From assembly GCA_965197905.1 (NCBI GenBank), contig CBDAOB010000005.1, positions 2,176,001 to 2,240,000 of the forward strand: a stretch of DNA of 64,000 bases, read 5' to 3'. The notes below the pieces were generated by a model. It did no database searches, was not told the origin of the DNA, and worked only from the letters and a program-made list of their open reading frames with translations. The position numbers and the translations under genes are program-made. Shown piece by piece: positions 36,075-46,266 of the stretch. Each line of letters starts with the position of its first letter. Position 1 is the stretch's first letter. Source of the stretch: Candidatus Latescibacterota bacterium (GTDB lineage Bacteria > Latescibacterota > UBA2968 > UBA8231).

Positions 36075-36773
36075 TCAGAGGGCCAGGGCCGAGCGATCTA
36101 CGCGAATTCCCGGACCCATGGTTGAAGACAGTATCATGCGGTGCACGTATTGCCCTTTTGCCGCTGCAGGCTTCGCGCGCATGATTGCATCGGTAAACGC
36201 CCTGGCGTTCTCCACGAGAGCGCCCGCTTCGAAGGAGAGCTTGCCGATGGGCGCGTGGGCATTGTTGCCCGACTTGCTATCGGCCCGAAACTCTATTCGG
36301 CCCGCCTTGGCATCACTCACGGCCTGCGCGACTTCGCGCGTGACGGTGCCCGTTTTAGGATTCGGCATCAAACCGCGCGGACCTAAAACGCGCCCGAGCT
36401 TGCCCACCTGCCCCATCATGTCAGGAGAAGCAATAACAACATCGAATTCGAGCCAGCCTCCCTGCACTTTTTCAACCAGGTCGGCGCCGCCAACAACATC
36501 GGCCCCCGCTTCGGTGGCCGCAGCCTCGAGGTCGCCCTGAGTAAAGACCAACACGCGAACCGTCTTGCCCGTACCGTGGGGCAGCATGACCGTACCGCGC
36601 AGAATCTGATCGGCGTGACGTCCGTCTATCCCCAAGTGAAAGGAGAGTTCGACAGTTTCGTCGATCTTGCGCTGGGGAAACTTCTTCAGAATACCAATGG
36701 CATCCTCCAGGCTGTACGACTTGCCACGGTCGAATTCAGCCAGCGCGTCCTTATACTTCTTGCCTCGTGCCAT
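36075..36773 (-). CDS. rplA: 50S ribosomal protein L1
   Basis: [30 protein letters not shown]. Confidence 0.98.
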   Translation of the reverse strand: MARGKKYKDALAEFDRGKSYSLEDAIGILKKFPQRKIDETVELSFHLGIDGRHADQILRGTVMLPHGTGKTVRVLVFTQGDLEAAATEAGADVVGGADLVEKVQGGWLEFDVVIASPDMMGQVGKLGRVLGPRGLMPNPKTGTVTREVAQAVSDAKAGRIEFRADSKSGNNAHAPIGKLSFEAGALVENARAFTDAIMRAKPAAAKGQYVHRMILSSTMGPGIRVDRSALAL

Positions 36774-36794
36774 CGAACAATTCTCCGTTTTACC

Positions 36795-37220
36795 TCAGGA
36801 ATCGACGAGAAGGCCCATACTGCGGGCCGTGCCCGCGATCATGGACATGGCCGATTCAATGGAACTGGCGTTGAGATCCTCCATTTTCTGCTCGGCGATT
36901 TCGCGTAGTTGGCCAGAGTTTACAGTGCCCACCTTGACCGTGTTGGGTTCTCCCGAACCTTTTTCCAGCCCCGCCGCACGTTTCAACAAGACGGCTGCCG
37001 GAGGAGTTTTCGTGATGAAAGAAAACGTCCGGTCGGCGTAGACCGAGATGACGACCGGTATTATCAAGCCCGTCCGGTCTTGGGTCTGAGCATTAAACGC
37101 CTTGCAGAATTCCATTATGTTGACGCCATGCTGGCCCAACGCTGGACCCACTGGCGGGGTCGGATTGGCCGAACCAGCCGGCACGTGGAGTTTTATGGTC
37201 GCGATCTCTTTTCTGGCCAT
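36795..37220 (-). CDS. rplK: 50S ribosomal protein L11
   Basis: [29 protein letters not shown]; start at ATG 37220. Confidence 0.98.
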   Translation of the reverse strand: MARKEIATIKLHVPAGSANPTPPVGPALGQHGVNIMEFCKAFNAQTQDRTGLIIPVVISVYADRTFSFITKTPPAAVLLKRAAGLEKGSGEPNTVKVGTVNSGQLREIAEQKMEDLNASSIESAMSMIAGTARSMGLLVDS

Positions 37221-37236
37221 TTCTGTGGTCCGTCGC

Positions 37237-37782
37237 TTAGGCGGTCGATTCCTCCGCCGGCTCGACCTGCAGCACGTCGAGCTCAACCGGCGTGCCTCTC
37301 CCGAATATGCTCACCATGATCTTGAGCCTGCGCTTCTCCGGAATCACCTCTTGCACGGTGCCGACGAAATCCTTGAAGGCGCCGTCGTTCACCTTGACTT
37401 GATCGCCGGTCACAAACGGAATGTCGTCCACTTCCTGCGCCTTGCGGCGGTCGATGTGGCCGAGGATATGATCCACCTCTTCCTGGCGCAGTGCCTGCGG
37501 CTTTCGCGCCGGACCGACAAAATTGGTGACCCCAGGTATGTTGGTGACCAGATGCCAGGCGTCCTTCGACATTTCCATCTCGACGAGAACGTAGCTAGGA
37601 AGGAAACGCTTCTTAGAGATCGTCTTCTTTCCACCACGCATTTCGACCACTTCTTCGGTGGGAACTACCACGCTGGCGATCGATTCTTCCGCCTCCGCCG
37701 ACTCGATCAGCGATTCCAAATGAGCCTTCACCTTGTTCTCATGCCCGGAATAGGTGTGTAAGGCGTACCACTTCTTGGCCAT
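37237..37782 (-). CDS. nusG: Transcription termination/antitermination factor NusG
   Basis: [22 protein letters not shown] motif, [12 protein letters not shown]. Confidence 0.98.
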   Translation of the reverse strand: MAKKWYALHTYSGHENKVKAHLESLIESAEAEESIASVVVPTEEVVEMRGGKKTISKKRFLPSYVLVEMEMSKDAWHLVTNIPGVTNFVGPARKPQALRQEEVDHILGHIDRRKAQEVDDIPFVTGDQVKVNDGAFKDFVGTVQEVIPEKRRLKIMVSIFGRGTPVELDVLQVEPAEESTA

Positions 37783-37876
37783 ATCGAGGCTCACCAGATC
37801 GCGATATTCATATGCTTGGCGCCAGGATTACTGAGCGCAACAAGACAGAAGGGCAGAGTTCTGTCCCCGCGAGATC

Positions 37877-38065
37877 TCAGAAACCAATGACAATTTTCCA
37901 GACCGAGGAAATAGCCAAGTCGAAGAAGAAGAAACAAACGGCGAAGATCGCAGAGAATGCGAGTACCACACCCGTGGAACTCACCAACTCCTCTCGCGTA
38001 GGCCAGCTGACCTTCGAGAATTCAACCCGGACTTCCTTCAAAAAGTTAGTTAGTTTTGCCCACAT
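37877..38065 (-). CDS. secE: Preprotein translocase SecE
   Basis: FLKEVRVEFSKVSWPTREEL followed by one TM helix; lies upstream of nusG. Confidence 0.95.
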   Translation of the reverse strand: MWAKLTNFLKEVRVEFSKVSWPTREELVSSTGVVLAFSAIFAVCFFFFDLAISSVWKIVIGF

Positions 38066-38086
38066 TCCCCGACGCTTCGAAGCTAG

Positions 38087-38162
38087 TGGCAGGTCTGACA
38101 GGACTTGAACCTGCAACCCCCGGTTTTGGAGACCGGTGCTCTACCAATTGAGCTACAGACCT
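38087..38162 (-). tRNA. tRNA-Trp (CCA)
   Basis: AGGTCTGTAGCTCAATTGGTAGAGCACCGGTCT-CCA-AAACCGG...GTTCAAGTCC...CCA, 76 nt. Confidence 0.97.
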
Positions 38163-38168
38163 AATCCG

Positions 38169-38321
38169 CTACCGAGTTTCTTTGTGATTCTTGTGTTTGC
38201 GGCAGAACCGACAATATTTCTTAAATTCTACCCGCCCCGAATGCAGTCGCCTATTCTTCGTAGCTGAATAGTTTTGTCGGCCGCAAGCCTCGCACTCCAG
38301 CGCAATTTGGTCTCTTGGCAT
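38169..38321 (-). CDS. rpmG: 50S ribosomal protein L33 (Zn-type)
   Basis: Not in the ORF track. Translated by hand: MPRDQIALECEACGRQNYSATKNRRLHSGRVEFKKYCRFCRKHKNHKETR. Confidence 0.96.
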   Translation of the reverse strand: MPRDQIALECEACGRQNYSATKNRRLHSGRVEFKKYCRFCRKHKNHKETR

Positions 38322-38367
38322 GTCAACTGTACAATATGTATTGTATGCTTGAGATTATTCGGGAAAA

Positions 38368-38443
<76 letters not shown>

Positions 38444-38482
38444 TGCACTGCCAGAGACCAAGTACGACCAGCACTACTCAAA

Positions 38483-38559
38483 TGGAGCGGGAAACGGGAC
38501 TCGAACCCGCGACATCGAGCTTGGAAGGCTCGCGCTCTAGCCAACTGAGCTACTCCCGC
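38483..38559 (-). tRNA. tRNA-Gly (TCC)
   Basis: GCGGGAGTAGCTCAGTTGGCTAGAGCGCGAGCCT-TCC-AAGCTCG...GTTCGAGTCC...CCA. Confidence 0.97.
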
Positions 38560-38598
38560 ATCAACGTCTCGGCGCACCATCTCGCCAACAAACCGCAA

Positions 38599-38627
38599 AA
38601 GATAGGTTAGCCTTGTTCGACTGTCAA
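38599..38627 (-). promoter_or_regulatory. sigma70 promoter of the tRNA-Gly/Thr-rpmG-secE-nusG unit
   Basis: Minus strand TTGACA-17 nt-TATCTT. Confidence 0.8.
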
Positions 38628-38671
38628 TACTCGCTGTTTTTCGTAGGTTGAGCAATTTGCGGGGTTTATAT

Positions 38672-38688
38672 CGCAACAGTGGTGCCAA
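38672..38688 (-). promoter_or_regulatory. Putative sigma54 (-24/-12) promoter upstream of the tRNA cluster
   Basis: Minus strand TTGGCACCACTGTTGCG, i.e. TGGCAC-N5-TTGC with exact GG-N10-GC spacing, in intergenic DNA. Confidence 0.6.
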
Positions 38689-38839
38689 GCTGGAGGTCGA
38701 TTCGTCAATCACCAATCCATCCCATCGAGACCGCGTAGCAGGGGGAACAAGCAGCTAGCACACTCCGGAGGTAGCTTCGATTATTCTATATATTACAGCA
38801 CGTTACAACCAATCGGGAAGGTGTCAGCCGACGCTCAGT

Positions 38840-39310
38840 TTATCTCGAGATCTTGAGAATCTTGTAGTGGAGAAGGCCTGCGGGCACCTGAATCTCCACT
38901 TCCTCCCCCTCCATGTGGCCCAACAACCCTTTTCCTATGGGCGAAACGGTTGAAATCTTGCCGGCGTCGAAATCCGCCTCTTCCGGGGCCACCAGCGTGT
39001 AGGTCAGTCCCCGGCCTTTCTTTAGATCTTCGAGCTCGACCGTGGCCCCGATAAAAACCTTGTCGGATGGGATATCCTCGTTCTCGAGGAGCCTTGTTCG
39101 ACTCAGGGTCTCTTCAAGTCTGTGTATTCGATGCTCAACCTGGTGCAGCCGCTCCTTGGCGGCAGCATATTCGGAATTCTCTGAGAGATCGCCGTACTCG
39201 CGGGCTCGCTTGAGGGAGCTGCGGACGCTGGGCCGCTCTTTCAGCTTAAGCTCCTCCAATTCCCCCTGAAGCTTCTCGTAACCCTCGCGGGAAAGATATA
39301 CTTCGCTCAT
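38840..39310 (-). CDS. greA: Transcription elongation factor GreA
   Basis: AREYGDLSENSEYAAAKE, ISTVSPIGKGLLG. Confidence 0.97.
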   Translation of the reverse strand: MSEVYLSREGYEKLQGELEELKLKERPSVRSSLKRAREYGDLSENSEYAAAKERLHQVEHRIHRLEETLSRTRLLENEDIPSDKVFIGATVELEDLKKGRGLTYTLVAPEEADFDAGKISTVSPIGKGLLGHMEGEEVEIQVPAGLLHYKILKISR

Positions 39311-39349
39311 ACTCCTTCTCCTGGCCCTAGTTTGGCCGGGACACCATAC

Positions 39350-39377
39350 AAAAAGCGGAAGCGTCGAGCGCTTCCGC
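39350..39377 (-). terminator. Intrinsic terminator in the greA leader
   Basis: GCGGAAGCG-CTCGA-CGCTTCCGC followed by TTTTT, located between the promoter and the greA start. Confidence 0.8.
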
Positions 39378-39392
39378 CGTTAGTTGCTATTT

Positions 39393-39421
39393 AATATAAA
39401 AAAACCGGCCATATCGAGCAA
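39393..39421 (-). promoter_or_regulatory. sigma70 promoter of greA
   Basis: Minus strand TTGCTC-17 nt-TATATT. Confidence 0.6.
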
Positions 39422-39571
39422 GCTAACGCCGTCTCTGGCAATTTCTGGCAAAGGGACGAAAATTGGCCTTTCCAGGGTTCGCAAGTGCAATATATTATAG
39501 GGATCGTCTGTGCACTATAATCGACCTCCCCTCGTCCAAGCTCTCTCCCCGACGCAAACAGGATCGTCAAT

Positions 39572-40825
39572 ATGCAGGTGCTCCACTTTGCAGACTTGCA
39601 TCTCGGCGTGGAGACCTACGGTCGTATAGATTCCTCCACCGGGCTGCATTCCAGGGTGTTGGATTTCACCAAATCCCTGGCCCATGTCGTCGACAGCGCC
39701 ATCCATCGCAGGGTCGATTTGGTCCTGTTCTCTGGCGACGCCTACAAGAATTGCGACCCGAGTCCTACGCATCAGCGAGAGCTCGCTGAGCAGCTTCGGC
39801 GCCTGTGCAAGGCGCGTATCCCAATGGTTCTGGTCGCGGGAAATCACGATATCCCGGTTGCCTACGGCAAAGCCATATCGTTCGACATCTTCGGCACCCT
39901 GGAATTGGAGGGAATCTCCGTCGTACGGCGTCCAGAGCTGTTGCGAGTGGAGACGGCGAGCGGGCCAGTAGAGTTGGCGGCCCTTCCCTGGCCCACGCGG
40001 CACCTCCTTAAAACCCGGGCTGAATTCAGCGAAAGATCACAGGACGGGGTCCAGAACGCGATCGAGGAGATCTGCCGCAATCAGATCGAGCAGTTCGCGC
40101 GAGAATCGGATCCGGCGGTCCCGACCATTCTCGCCGCCCACATAGCCGCCGCGGAGGCCACCTTCTCAGGGTCGGAGAGACCGGCCGTCATCGGTTCGGA
40201 TCCGACGCTGCTGACCAGTGCCCTCGCCGAGCCGGCGTTCGACTATGTCGCGCTAGGTCACGTTCACAAACACCAGGATTTGAACCACGGAAACGCACCT
40301 CCCGTGGTCTACTCAGGGAGCATCGAACGGGTGGATTTTGGCGAAGAGCGTGACGACAAGGGCTACTGTCTGGTCAACATCGCCACCACCGGGCGAGAGC
40401 GAAGCACGTCCTACGAATTCGTAAAGGTGCCGGCACGACGGTTCTTGACCGTGGATGTGGTAGTGGAAGAGGGGGAAGATCCGACCCGCCGAATCCTGGG
40501 TGCCCTGGAAGGCAAAGAAATCGCCGACGCCGTCCTGCGGGTAAGATGCCGCCTCCCGGAAGGCCCCACCGCGACCATTGATATGGGATTGGTCGGCGCC
40601 GCGGTTCAAACGGCCCATTTTTTCGCCGGGGTGTTTCCGATACGCCCAGCTGCTCAGCGGCAGCGAAGGTCGACGGTAACGGAAGAGATGGGAATGCCGG
40701 AAGCACTAAATCGTTACATCGACAACCTTCCTCAGCTGCGCAGCCAACGCCACCTACTGCTGAAATACGCAGCTCAGATCGAGGCGGATCTATTTGCGGT
40801 CGCAAACGATGAGAGGAACGGCTGA
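39572..40825 (+). CDS. sbcD: Exonuclease SbcD (Mre11 family)
   Basis: Metallophosphoesterase motifs ADLHLG, SGD, GNHD, ALGHVH, YSGS; its stop overlaps the sbcC start (TGATG). Confidence 0.93.
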   Translation: MQVLHFADLHLGVETYGRIDSSTGLHSRVLDFTKSLAHVVDSAIHRRVDLVLFSGDAYKNCDPSPTHQRELAEQLRRLCKARIPMVLVAGNHDIPVAYGKAISFDIFGTLELEGISVVRRPELLRVETASGPVELAALPWPTRHLLKTRAEFSERSQDGVQNAIEEICRNQIEQFARESDPAVPTILAAHIAAAEATFSGSERPAVIGSDPTLLTSALAEPAFDYVALGHVHKHQDLNHGNAPPVVYSGSIERVDFGEERDDKGYCLVNIATTGRERSTSYEFVKVPARRFLTVDVVVEEGEDPTRRILGALEGKEIADAVLRVRCRLPEGPTATIDMGLVGAAVQTAHFFAGVFPIRPAAQRQRRSTVTEEMGMPEALNRYIDNLPQLRSQRHLLLKYAAQIEADLFAVANDERNG

Positions 40826-43800
40826 TGGTCCCCCTTTCCCTTTCGCTACGCAATTTTCTGAGCTACGGCGAGCGCCCCACAGTTTTGGACTTCAGTCAGT
40901 TCGGCGTGGCTTGTCTCAGCGGCGAAAACGGCCACGGAAAATCGGCGTTGCTCGACGCCATTACCTTCGCCTTGTGGGGGGAAGCCCGGAAGGGACGCAG
41001 TGAGCGCAAGCCGGACGAAGGGCTGCTGCGCGCCGGTGCCACGGAAATGAGAGTGGAGTTCTGTTTCGATATAGACGGGGATCGATACCGCATTATCCGC
41101 AGCTACAGAAGAGGAGGCCGGGGTGGTAGCTCCCAGGTGGACCTGCAGATCTACTCACCCGCTCATCGGGCATATCGCTCACTGACCGAGGGCAGTTCCA
41201 ACACGAGGACGCAGGAGCGCATCGGGCAGATTCTGTCCATGGACTACGAAACCTTTATAAATTCAGCGTTTATCGTGCAGGGAAGGATCAACGAATTCAG
41301 CAACAAGGATGCGGGCCAACGAAAACGGATCCTTGGGGAGATTCTCGGACTGAGCCGATATGACCGGATGCAGGAGCAGGCGCGCCAGCGGCTCAGCCGC
41401 GCAAACGGTCTTGTCGACATACTCGAAAAGCGCAGAGTCGAGTTGGACTCTGCCCTGACCGGGTGGGACGAGCTCCAGAGTCAGATGGTGCGCTTGGATG
41501 AAGGTTTGGCGGCCCTCGCCGCTACCATCGAAACGGATGAGAGGAGGCTGCTCGAGGCAAGGACCGGACTCGCTCGACGGGCACAAATGGAACGCCAACG
41601 GGAAACCCTCGTACAGGACAAGAATGAGCTGGAGCGTCGCCGAAGGGAGCTCGTTATCCTGAGTGGTGACCTCAAAACCCAGATCTTGGACGATTCAGTA
41701 CTGATCGGGGCAAGCGAACAGATCGAAGAGCGCTACGCGCGGTATCAACGATTGGACCGCCAGGAGTGCGGACTCAGGGGGGCCGCGGCCAGATATCGAC
41801 AGCTGGAAAGCGAGTACCGCCAGGTGGAGGGCGAGCTTTCGGCGAAGCGGAGGCATGCGGACAAAAACCGTGGGTTCTGTGCAGCGAAGGTGCAATCCTT
41901 GTCTCAACAGCTGGAAATGTTTCGCCAGGCGCTCGGAGCGAGAACCGCTGTTGAAGAGAAATGCGAGGAACTGGCGGTGGCTCGACGTGAAGACGAGTTG
42001 ATGCAATCAAAACGATCGGCTCGCGATCGGCTAGATCGCGAGCAGGAGCGCCTTTCCCAACAGATTGAAATGGAAGTTCGGCGCCTGACCGACAGTGTGG
42101 CCACGATTCGAAAGAGAGAATCTCAGGTCCGCCTCCGGATCCAAACATCCACATCGGTTGAAGAAGAAAAACGACTGCTCGAGCAGCGAATCGGATCCCT
42201 CAAGCAGCTCGAACGGGAACGAGAGAGCATCCGTGAACAGGGCACCGAGCTGCGGTTTCAACTTGCCGCAGCAGAGCGGCAACTGTCTGGCTTGCAGACG
42301 TCGGTCAACGAGATCAGGGAGAAAACTGGCATCCTCGATCGATCCAACGAAGCGAACTGTCCGCTCTGTGGCAGCAAACTAGACGACGAACACGAGCTCC
42401 AACTGAGGAATGAGCTGCAGAAATCCGAGAATGAGCTGCAACTACGCGTCGCCGGCCAAAGCGATGAGTATGACCAGAAGAAGGGCCGCGTTGAGAAGCT
42501 GCGTTCCGAGTTCAAACGACTCGAGGATGCGACCGCACCCATTCGCGAAATCGAAACACGGCTGTCTCAGCTCCGCGCCGAGTTTGCGCAGGCTGCGGAA
42601 GCCCGCAAGGAAGTGGCGGAGTTGGATGGCGAGGCCGTGGAGCTCGAACGTCGACTTGCGTGTGGCGAATTCGGGACCGAGCTGCGAGAGAAATCACGGG
42701 GTGTGGTGGACGAGCATGCCAAGCTGGATTATAGCGAAGCGGAGCATGCGCGCGTAAGAGAGCGAATCACACTTTTGGCGGAAGCCGAAGTTGATGCGGC
42801 TCGCCTGCGCGACGCGGTTGACGGCGAGCGGAAAACGGGGCGGGCGCTAAAGGACGCCACGCAGGAATTGGAGCAAGCCGAAACCGTTCTCGAGCAGGTC
42901 CAGTACGCGGAGTCTGAACAATCCAGACTACAGGAGTTGAAAGGGATGTTGGATCGGCTAGCCTACAATCCCTCCGGGCATGATGAGCTGCGGAAGGATC
43001 TGGATCACCTGAAAGGCGCCGAGCAGGATTACTCCAGGCTGTCCTCGGCGCGGGACCGCAACCAGAATAACACGCGCCAGTTGGAGCGCCGGGGCCAGGA
43101 ACTGAAACTCCTCTGTGCGCGCTTGGAAGCGGTGGCGAAATCCGGGCAGGCACTCGATACCGAACTCCGAGAGATGGCCGATCTGGAGACCGCAGAGAAG
43201 CAGGTCGGCGTCCGGCTTCGGGATAGACGGTTGGAAAGAGAGGGTTTGCTGCAAACTCGGGGTTCGCTGCTCAGCCGCCGCGAGCAGCTGGAAGAGCTGG
43301 GCACGGAACGAGAAACGGTAACGACAGAGATTCGTCGCGTCCGCGAGGAGGCGTGGCTTTGCGGACGCCTGACCGAGGCATTTGGCAGAGACGGAATCCA
43401 AGCGCTGATCATGGAAAACACCCTGCCGGAGATTGAGGACGAAGCGAACGCCATCCTCGCCCGCCTGACGGACAATCGGATTCAGATAACCATTGAATCG
43501 TTGCGTGACTTAAAGAAGGGTGGTACCAAGGAGACGATGGACATCAAGATCGCCGATGAGCTTGGCGAGCGGCCTTACGACCTCTTTTCTGGGGGAGAGA
43601 CCTTCCGCACAGATTTCGCTTTGCGTATAGCGTTGTCTAAGGTTTTGGCGCGCAGGTCAGGGACGCAATTGCGGACCCTGATCGTGGACGAGGGGTTTGG
43701 CACTCAGGACAGCCAAGGCTTGGAGCAGCTGATTCAGGCCATTCAACACATCGGGAAGGATTTCGAGATGGTGCTGGTCGTCACTCACCTCGAACAGCTG

Positions 43801-43881
43801 AAAAACGCCTTTCCAGTTCGCATCGAAGTGACAAAACATCCCGAACTCGGCTCGCAAATCGAAGTCATTCGCGCTGGGTGA
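40825..43881 (+). CDS. sbcC: SMC-family ATPase SbcC (Rad50 family)
   Basis: NFLSY, Walker A GENGHGKS, long coiled coil, Zn hook CPLCG, signature FSGGE, Walker B IVDEGFG, H-loop VTH. Confidence 0.94.
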   Translation: MVPLSLSLRNFLSYGERPTVLDFSQFGVACLSGENGHGKSALLDAITFALWGEARKGRSERKPDEGLLRAGATEMRVEFCFDIDGDRYRIIRSYRRGGRGGSSQVDLQIYSPAHRAYRSLTEGSSNTRTQERIGQILSMDYETFINSAFIVQGRINEFSNKDAGQRKRILGEILGLSRYDRMQEQARQRLSRANGLVDILEKRRVELDSALTGWDELQSQMVRLDEGLAALAATIETDERRLLEARTGLARRAQMERQRETLVQDKNELERRRRELVILSGDLKTQILDDSVLIGASEQIEERYARYQRLDRQECGLRGAAARYRQLESEYRQVEGELSAKRRHADKNRGFCAAKVQSLSQQLEMFRQALGARTAVEEKCEELAVARREDELMQSKRSARDRLDREQERLSQQIEMEVRRLTDSVATIRKRESQVRLRIQTSTSVEEEKRLLEQRIGSLKQLERERESIREQGTELRFQLAAAERQLSGLQTSVNEIREKTGILDRSNEANCPLCGSKLDDEHELQLRNELQKSENELQLRVAGQSDEYDQKKGRVEKLRSEFKRLEDATAPIREIETRLSQLRAEFAQAAEARKEVAELDGEAVELERRLACGEFGTELREKSRGVVDEHAKLDYSEAEHARVRERITLLAEAEVDAARLRDAVDGERKTGRALKDATQELEQAETVLEQVQYAESEQSRLQELKGMLDRLAYNPSGHDELRKDLDHLKGAEQDYSRLSSARDRNQNNTRQLERRGQELKLLCARLEAVAKSGQALDTELREMADLETAEKQVGVRLRDRRLEREGLLQTRGSLLSRREQLEELGTERETVTTEIRRVREEAWLCGRLTEAFGRDGIQALIMENTLPEIEDEANAILARLTDNRIQITIESLRDLKKGGTKETMDIKIADELGERPYDLFSGGETFRTDFALRIALSKVLARRSGTQLRTLIVDEGFGTQDSQGLEQLIQAIQHIGKDFEMVLVVTHLEQLKNAFPVRIEVTKHPELGSQIEVIRAG

Positions 43882-43905
43882 GCGAGAGATGTCAACGAGA
43901 ACATA

Positions 43906-44964
43906 ATGGCTATGAAGAGTCCCCTGTTCGAACTCACCAAATCGAGCGGAGCAACCTTTGAACAATCGGGGGAATGGGAGCTGCCACACTTCTATTCCGG
44001 GATCGCCGAAGAGTATGAAAGCGCCTTGGCAGGCGTTGTGATTCGCGATGTTTCGCCCAGCTGCCGCCTTCGGTTCAGCGGCGAGGACCACCTGGACTTT
44101 CTCCATCGGATGACTACGAACGGTTTTCTCGAAACACCGCCTGGCACAGGATTTCGAGCGGTATTCACGGATAATCGTGGCCGCATCCTCGAGGTAGGCA
44201 CATTTTATAGAGAGGAAGACGGGACGCTTGCCGTCTTGAGTCCTGGAGCTTCGCAGCGTATCCAGGAGTGGCTCGATCGCTACATCTTTGCCGAGAAGAT
44301 CGAGATGAAAGACCTAACCGAAGATACCGGCATGATCGACGTGGTAGGGAGCGGGGCGATTGAACTGGCGCGGGAGAAGCTCTCGGTCGAGCTGGCCGCA
44401 CTTGCGGCACACGATCAGGCTGTCATTGACCCAAGCGGGCTTGCTGCCGCGCGGATCGACATGGGAACCTGGATCGGATTGCGGGTATGGGGTAGTGTGG
44501 CAGATGTCGAAACCGTGTGGCACTCGGTTCTGGAGGGTGGCGGAACGCCTTGCGGAGAAGAAGCGTTTTCGATTCTCAGGATCGAAGCGGGATTTCCCTT
44601 GCAGCATCGCGAGCTGAGCGAGGATTACAATCCGTGGGAAGCGGGTCTTGCCGATGCCATCCATATGGACAAGGGCTGTTATATCGGTCAGGAGGTCGTC
44701 GCCCGGCTGGATACCTATGACAAGGTCAAGCAGCATCTGTCAGGGCTCAGGCTTGCCCCGGGCGAGCTGCCAGAACCCGGATCAGCTTTGACCGCTGGCC
44801 CACGACAGGTCGGAACGATTACCTCTACTGCGGTCTCTCCCCGGTTCGGCAACATTGCGCTGGGTTACGTTCGCAAAACGCACTGCGAGGCAGAGACTGA
44901 GCTGGAGTATCTCGCCGCCGGGAACCAGGGGAAAGCTCGAGTAACTGCTCTACCGTTTTCATGA
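43906..44964 (+). CDS. ygfZ: YgfZ/GcvT-like folate-binding protein
   Basis: GcvT fold with the YgfZ signature KGCYIGQEVVAR. Confidence 0.88.
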   Translation: MAMKSPLFELTKSSGATFEQSGEWELPHFYSGIAEEYESALAGVVIRDVSPSCRLRFSGEDHLDFLHRMTTNGFLETPPGTGFRAVFTDNRGRILEVGTFYREEDGTLAVLSPGASQRIQEWLDRYIFAEKIEMKDLTEDTGMIDVVGSGAIELAREKLSVELAALAAHDQAVIDPSGLAAARIDMGTWIGLRVWGSVADVETVWHSVLEGGGTPCGEEAFSILRIEAGFPLQHRELSEDYNPWEAGLADAIHMDKGCYIGQEVVARLDTYDKVKQHLSGLRLAPGELPEPGSALTAGPRQVGTITSTAVSPRFGNIALGYVRKTHCEAETELEYLAAGNQGKARVTALPFS

Positions 44965-45006
44965 GGCAAATCCAAGATGTCGGCGCCCGAGCGGCGGCTT
45001 GCAGAA

Positions 45007-46266
45007 TCAAGCGCACACCATGGGGAACACCGAGGCGCCGTGGGGTAACACGGTGACCTCGGCATCGACACCTAGATCGGCTTGGGCGGCTTTTAGCGCG
45101 GTATCGAGGTCGGCATAATGCCGGATGCCACATAACGGGCTACCGTCGGAAATCAAGTCCGAAACCAGATAGATTTGGGCCCGCTTCAGCGCGGTTGCGA
45201 CCGCCGCTGCTTTGTGCCCGCCCAGCACAAACGCTTCTTGAATTCGTACCAGGATCTGGTCCGGTGAATCCGCCTCTTCCAGCCATTCTTGAAATACAGA
45301 ATTCCCGAATCCCTCGCCGCACGCGGCAATCCAGATGATTGCGCCACCAGGTTTCACGGCGTGGATCGCGTTATCCAGCGCCTTCTGGGCCTGGTATAGG
45401 TTTAGATCGGTGGGGTAACCGCCGGCGGAAACGACGACGATGTCGGCGCTTCGCGGCACCGGCACCGAACCTCTCTCCGCCACCATCTCGCAGCCCTTCC
45501 GATGGGCTGCGGTGACCTCTCCTGCTACCGCATCGGCGATCGTGTGGTCCGCGTCGAGGACGACGTTGTACAGATAGTCCACACCCACCATACCCGCGCC
45601 TTCTTCCAGGTCTTGGCGCACCGGATTGTCCTGCAACCGTCCGGCGCTAGCACTTGGCTGCACCATCAGAGCATGATTTGCGGTGATCGTTTCTTGCGAA
45701 GCGCATCCCGGTAAGATCGCTTTTGCGCCTCCGGAAAAGCCGGCGAAGTAGTGAAACTCCAGATTCCCCAGACAGATTCGAAGATCGGCGTTCACTACGG
45801 GGGCAAAAATCTCGACCGGGGTTCCCCTCGAGGTCGTGCCGAGATGGACCACGTTCCGCGGATCGTGGTTGAGCACCTGCACCCGCCGAAACGTCTCGAT
45901 TCCAACAGCCGACTCCAGCTCCGCCGGCGACATCGCGCGGTGCAGGCCAAGGGCGATGACTATGGTCACCTGATCGTCGGCAACGCCACCCTCTTCCAAT
46001 TCGAGGAGCAGATGCGGAAGCAGCTTGGCGGATGGGCAGGGCCTGGTCAAATCGCTGGTTACGATAACCACCTGGCGACGCCCCATAGCAAGGGCGCTGA
46101 GCCGCCTAGACTCAATCGGCTCTTGAAGAGCGCGCCGCAATACGGTTTCCTCCGATTCCGATTGTTTCCTACCCTGGGAATGGAAAACGCCCACAAGGCT
46201 ATCCGTGGGAAGGGAGGCATACACTTCTCCGTGACCGTAGGGTAGCGCTATCTCCGTTGTTTTCAC
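45007..46266 (-). CDS. larA: Nickel-pincer-dependent lactate racemase (LarA) family 2-hydroxyacid racemase/epimerase
   Basis: SDLTRP, ALGLHR, NHD, HYFAGFSGGAK, SAGGYP.DLNLYQAQK. GTG start at 46266 overlaps the upstream stop (GTGA). Confidence 0.9.
   Translation of the reverse strand: MKTTEIALPYGHGEVYASLPTDSLVGVFHSQGRKQSESEETVLRRALQEPIESRRLSALAMGRRQVVIVTSDLTRPCPSAKLLPHLLLELEEGGVADDQVTIVIALGLHRAMSPAELESAVGIETFRRVQVLNHDPRNVVHLGTTSRGTPVEIFAPVVNADLRICLGNLEFHYFAGFSGGAKAILPGCASQETITANHALMVQPSASAGRLQDNPVRQDLEEGAGMVGVDYLYNVVLDADHTIADAVAGEVTAAHRKGCEMVAERGSVPVPRSADIVVVSAGGYPTDLNLYQAQKALDNAIHAVKPGGAIIWIAACGEGFGNSVFQEWLEEADSPDQILVRIQEAFVLGGHKAAAVATALKRAQIYLVSDLISDGSPLCGIRHYADLDTALKAAQADLGVDAEVTVLPHGASVFPMVCA

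Noticed and set aside
39433..39452. TCTGGCAA direct repeat upstream of sbcD as a sigma54 site
   Set aside because: The GG-to-GC spacing is 9, not the required 10. Two short copies are too weak to call an operator.
39572..43881. Nuclease + SMC ATPase pair as a defence system (Wadjet/Lamassu-like)
   Set aside because: The Mre11 motifs and a Rad50 Zn hook with no effector genes fit ordinary SbcCD.
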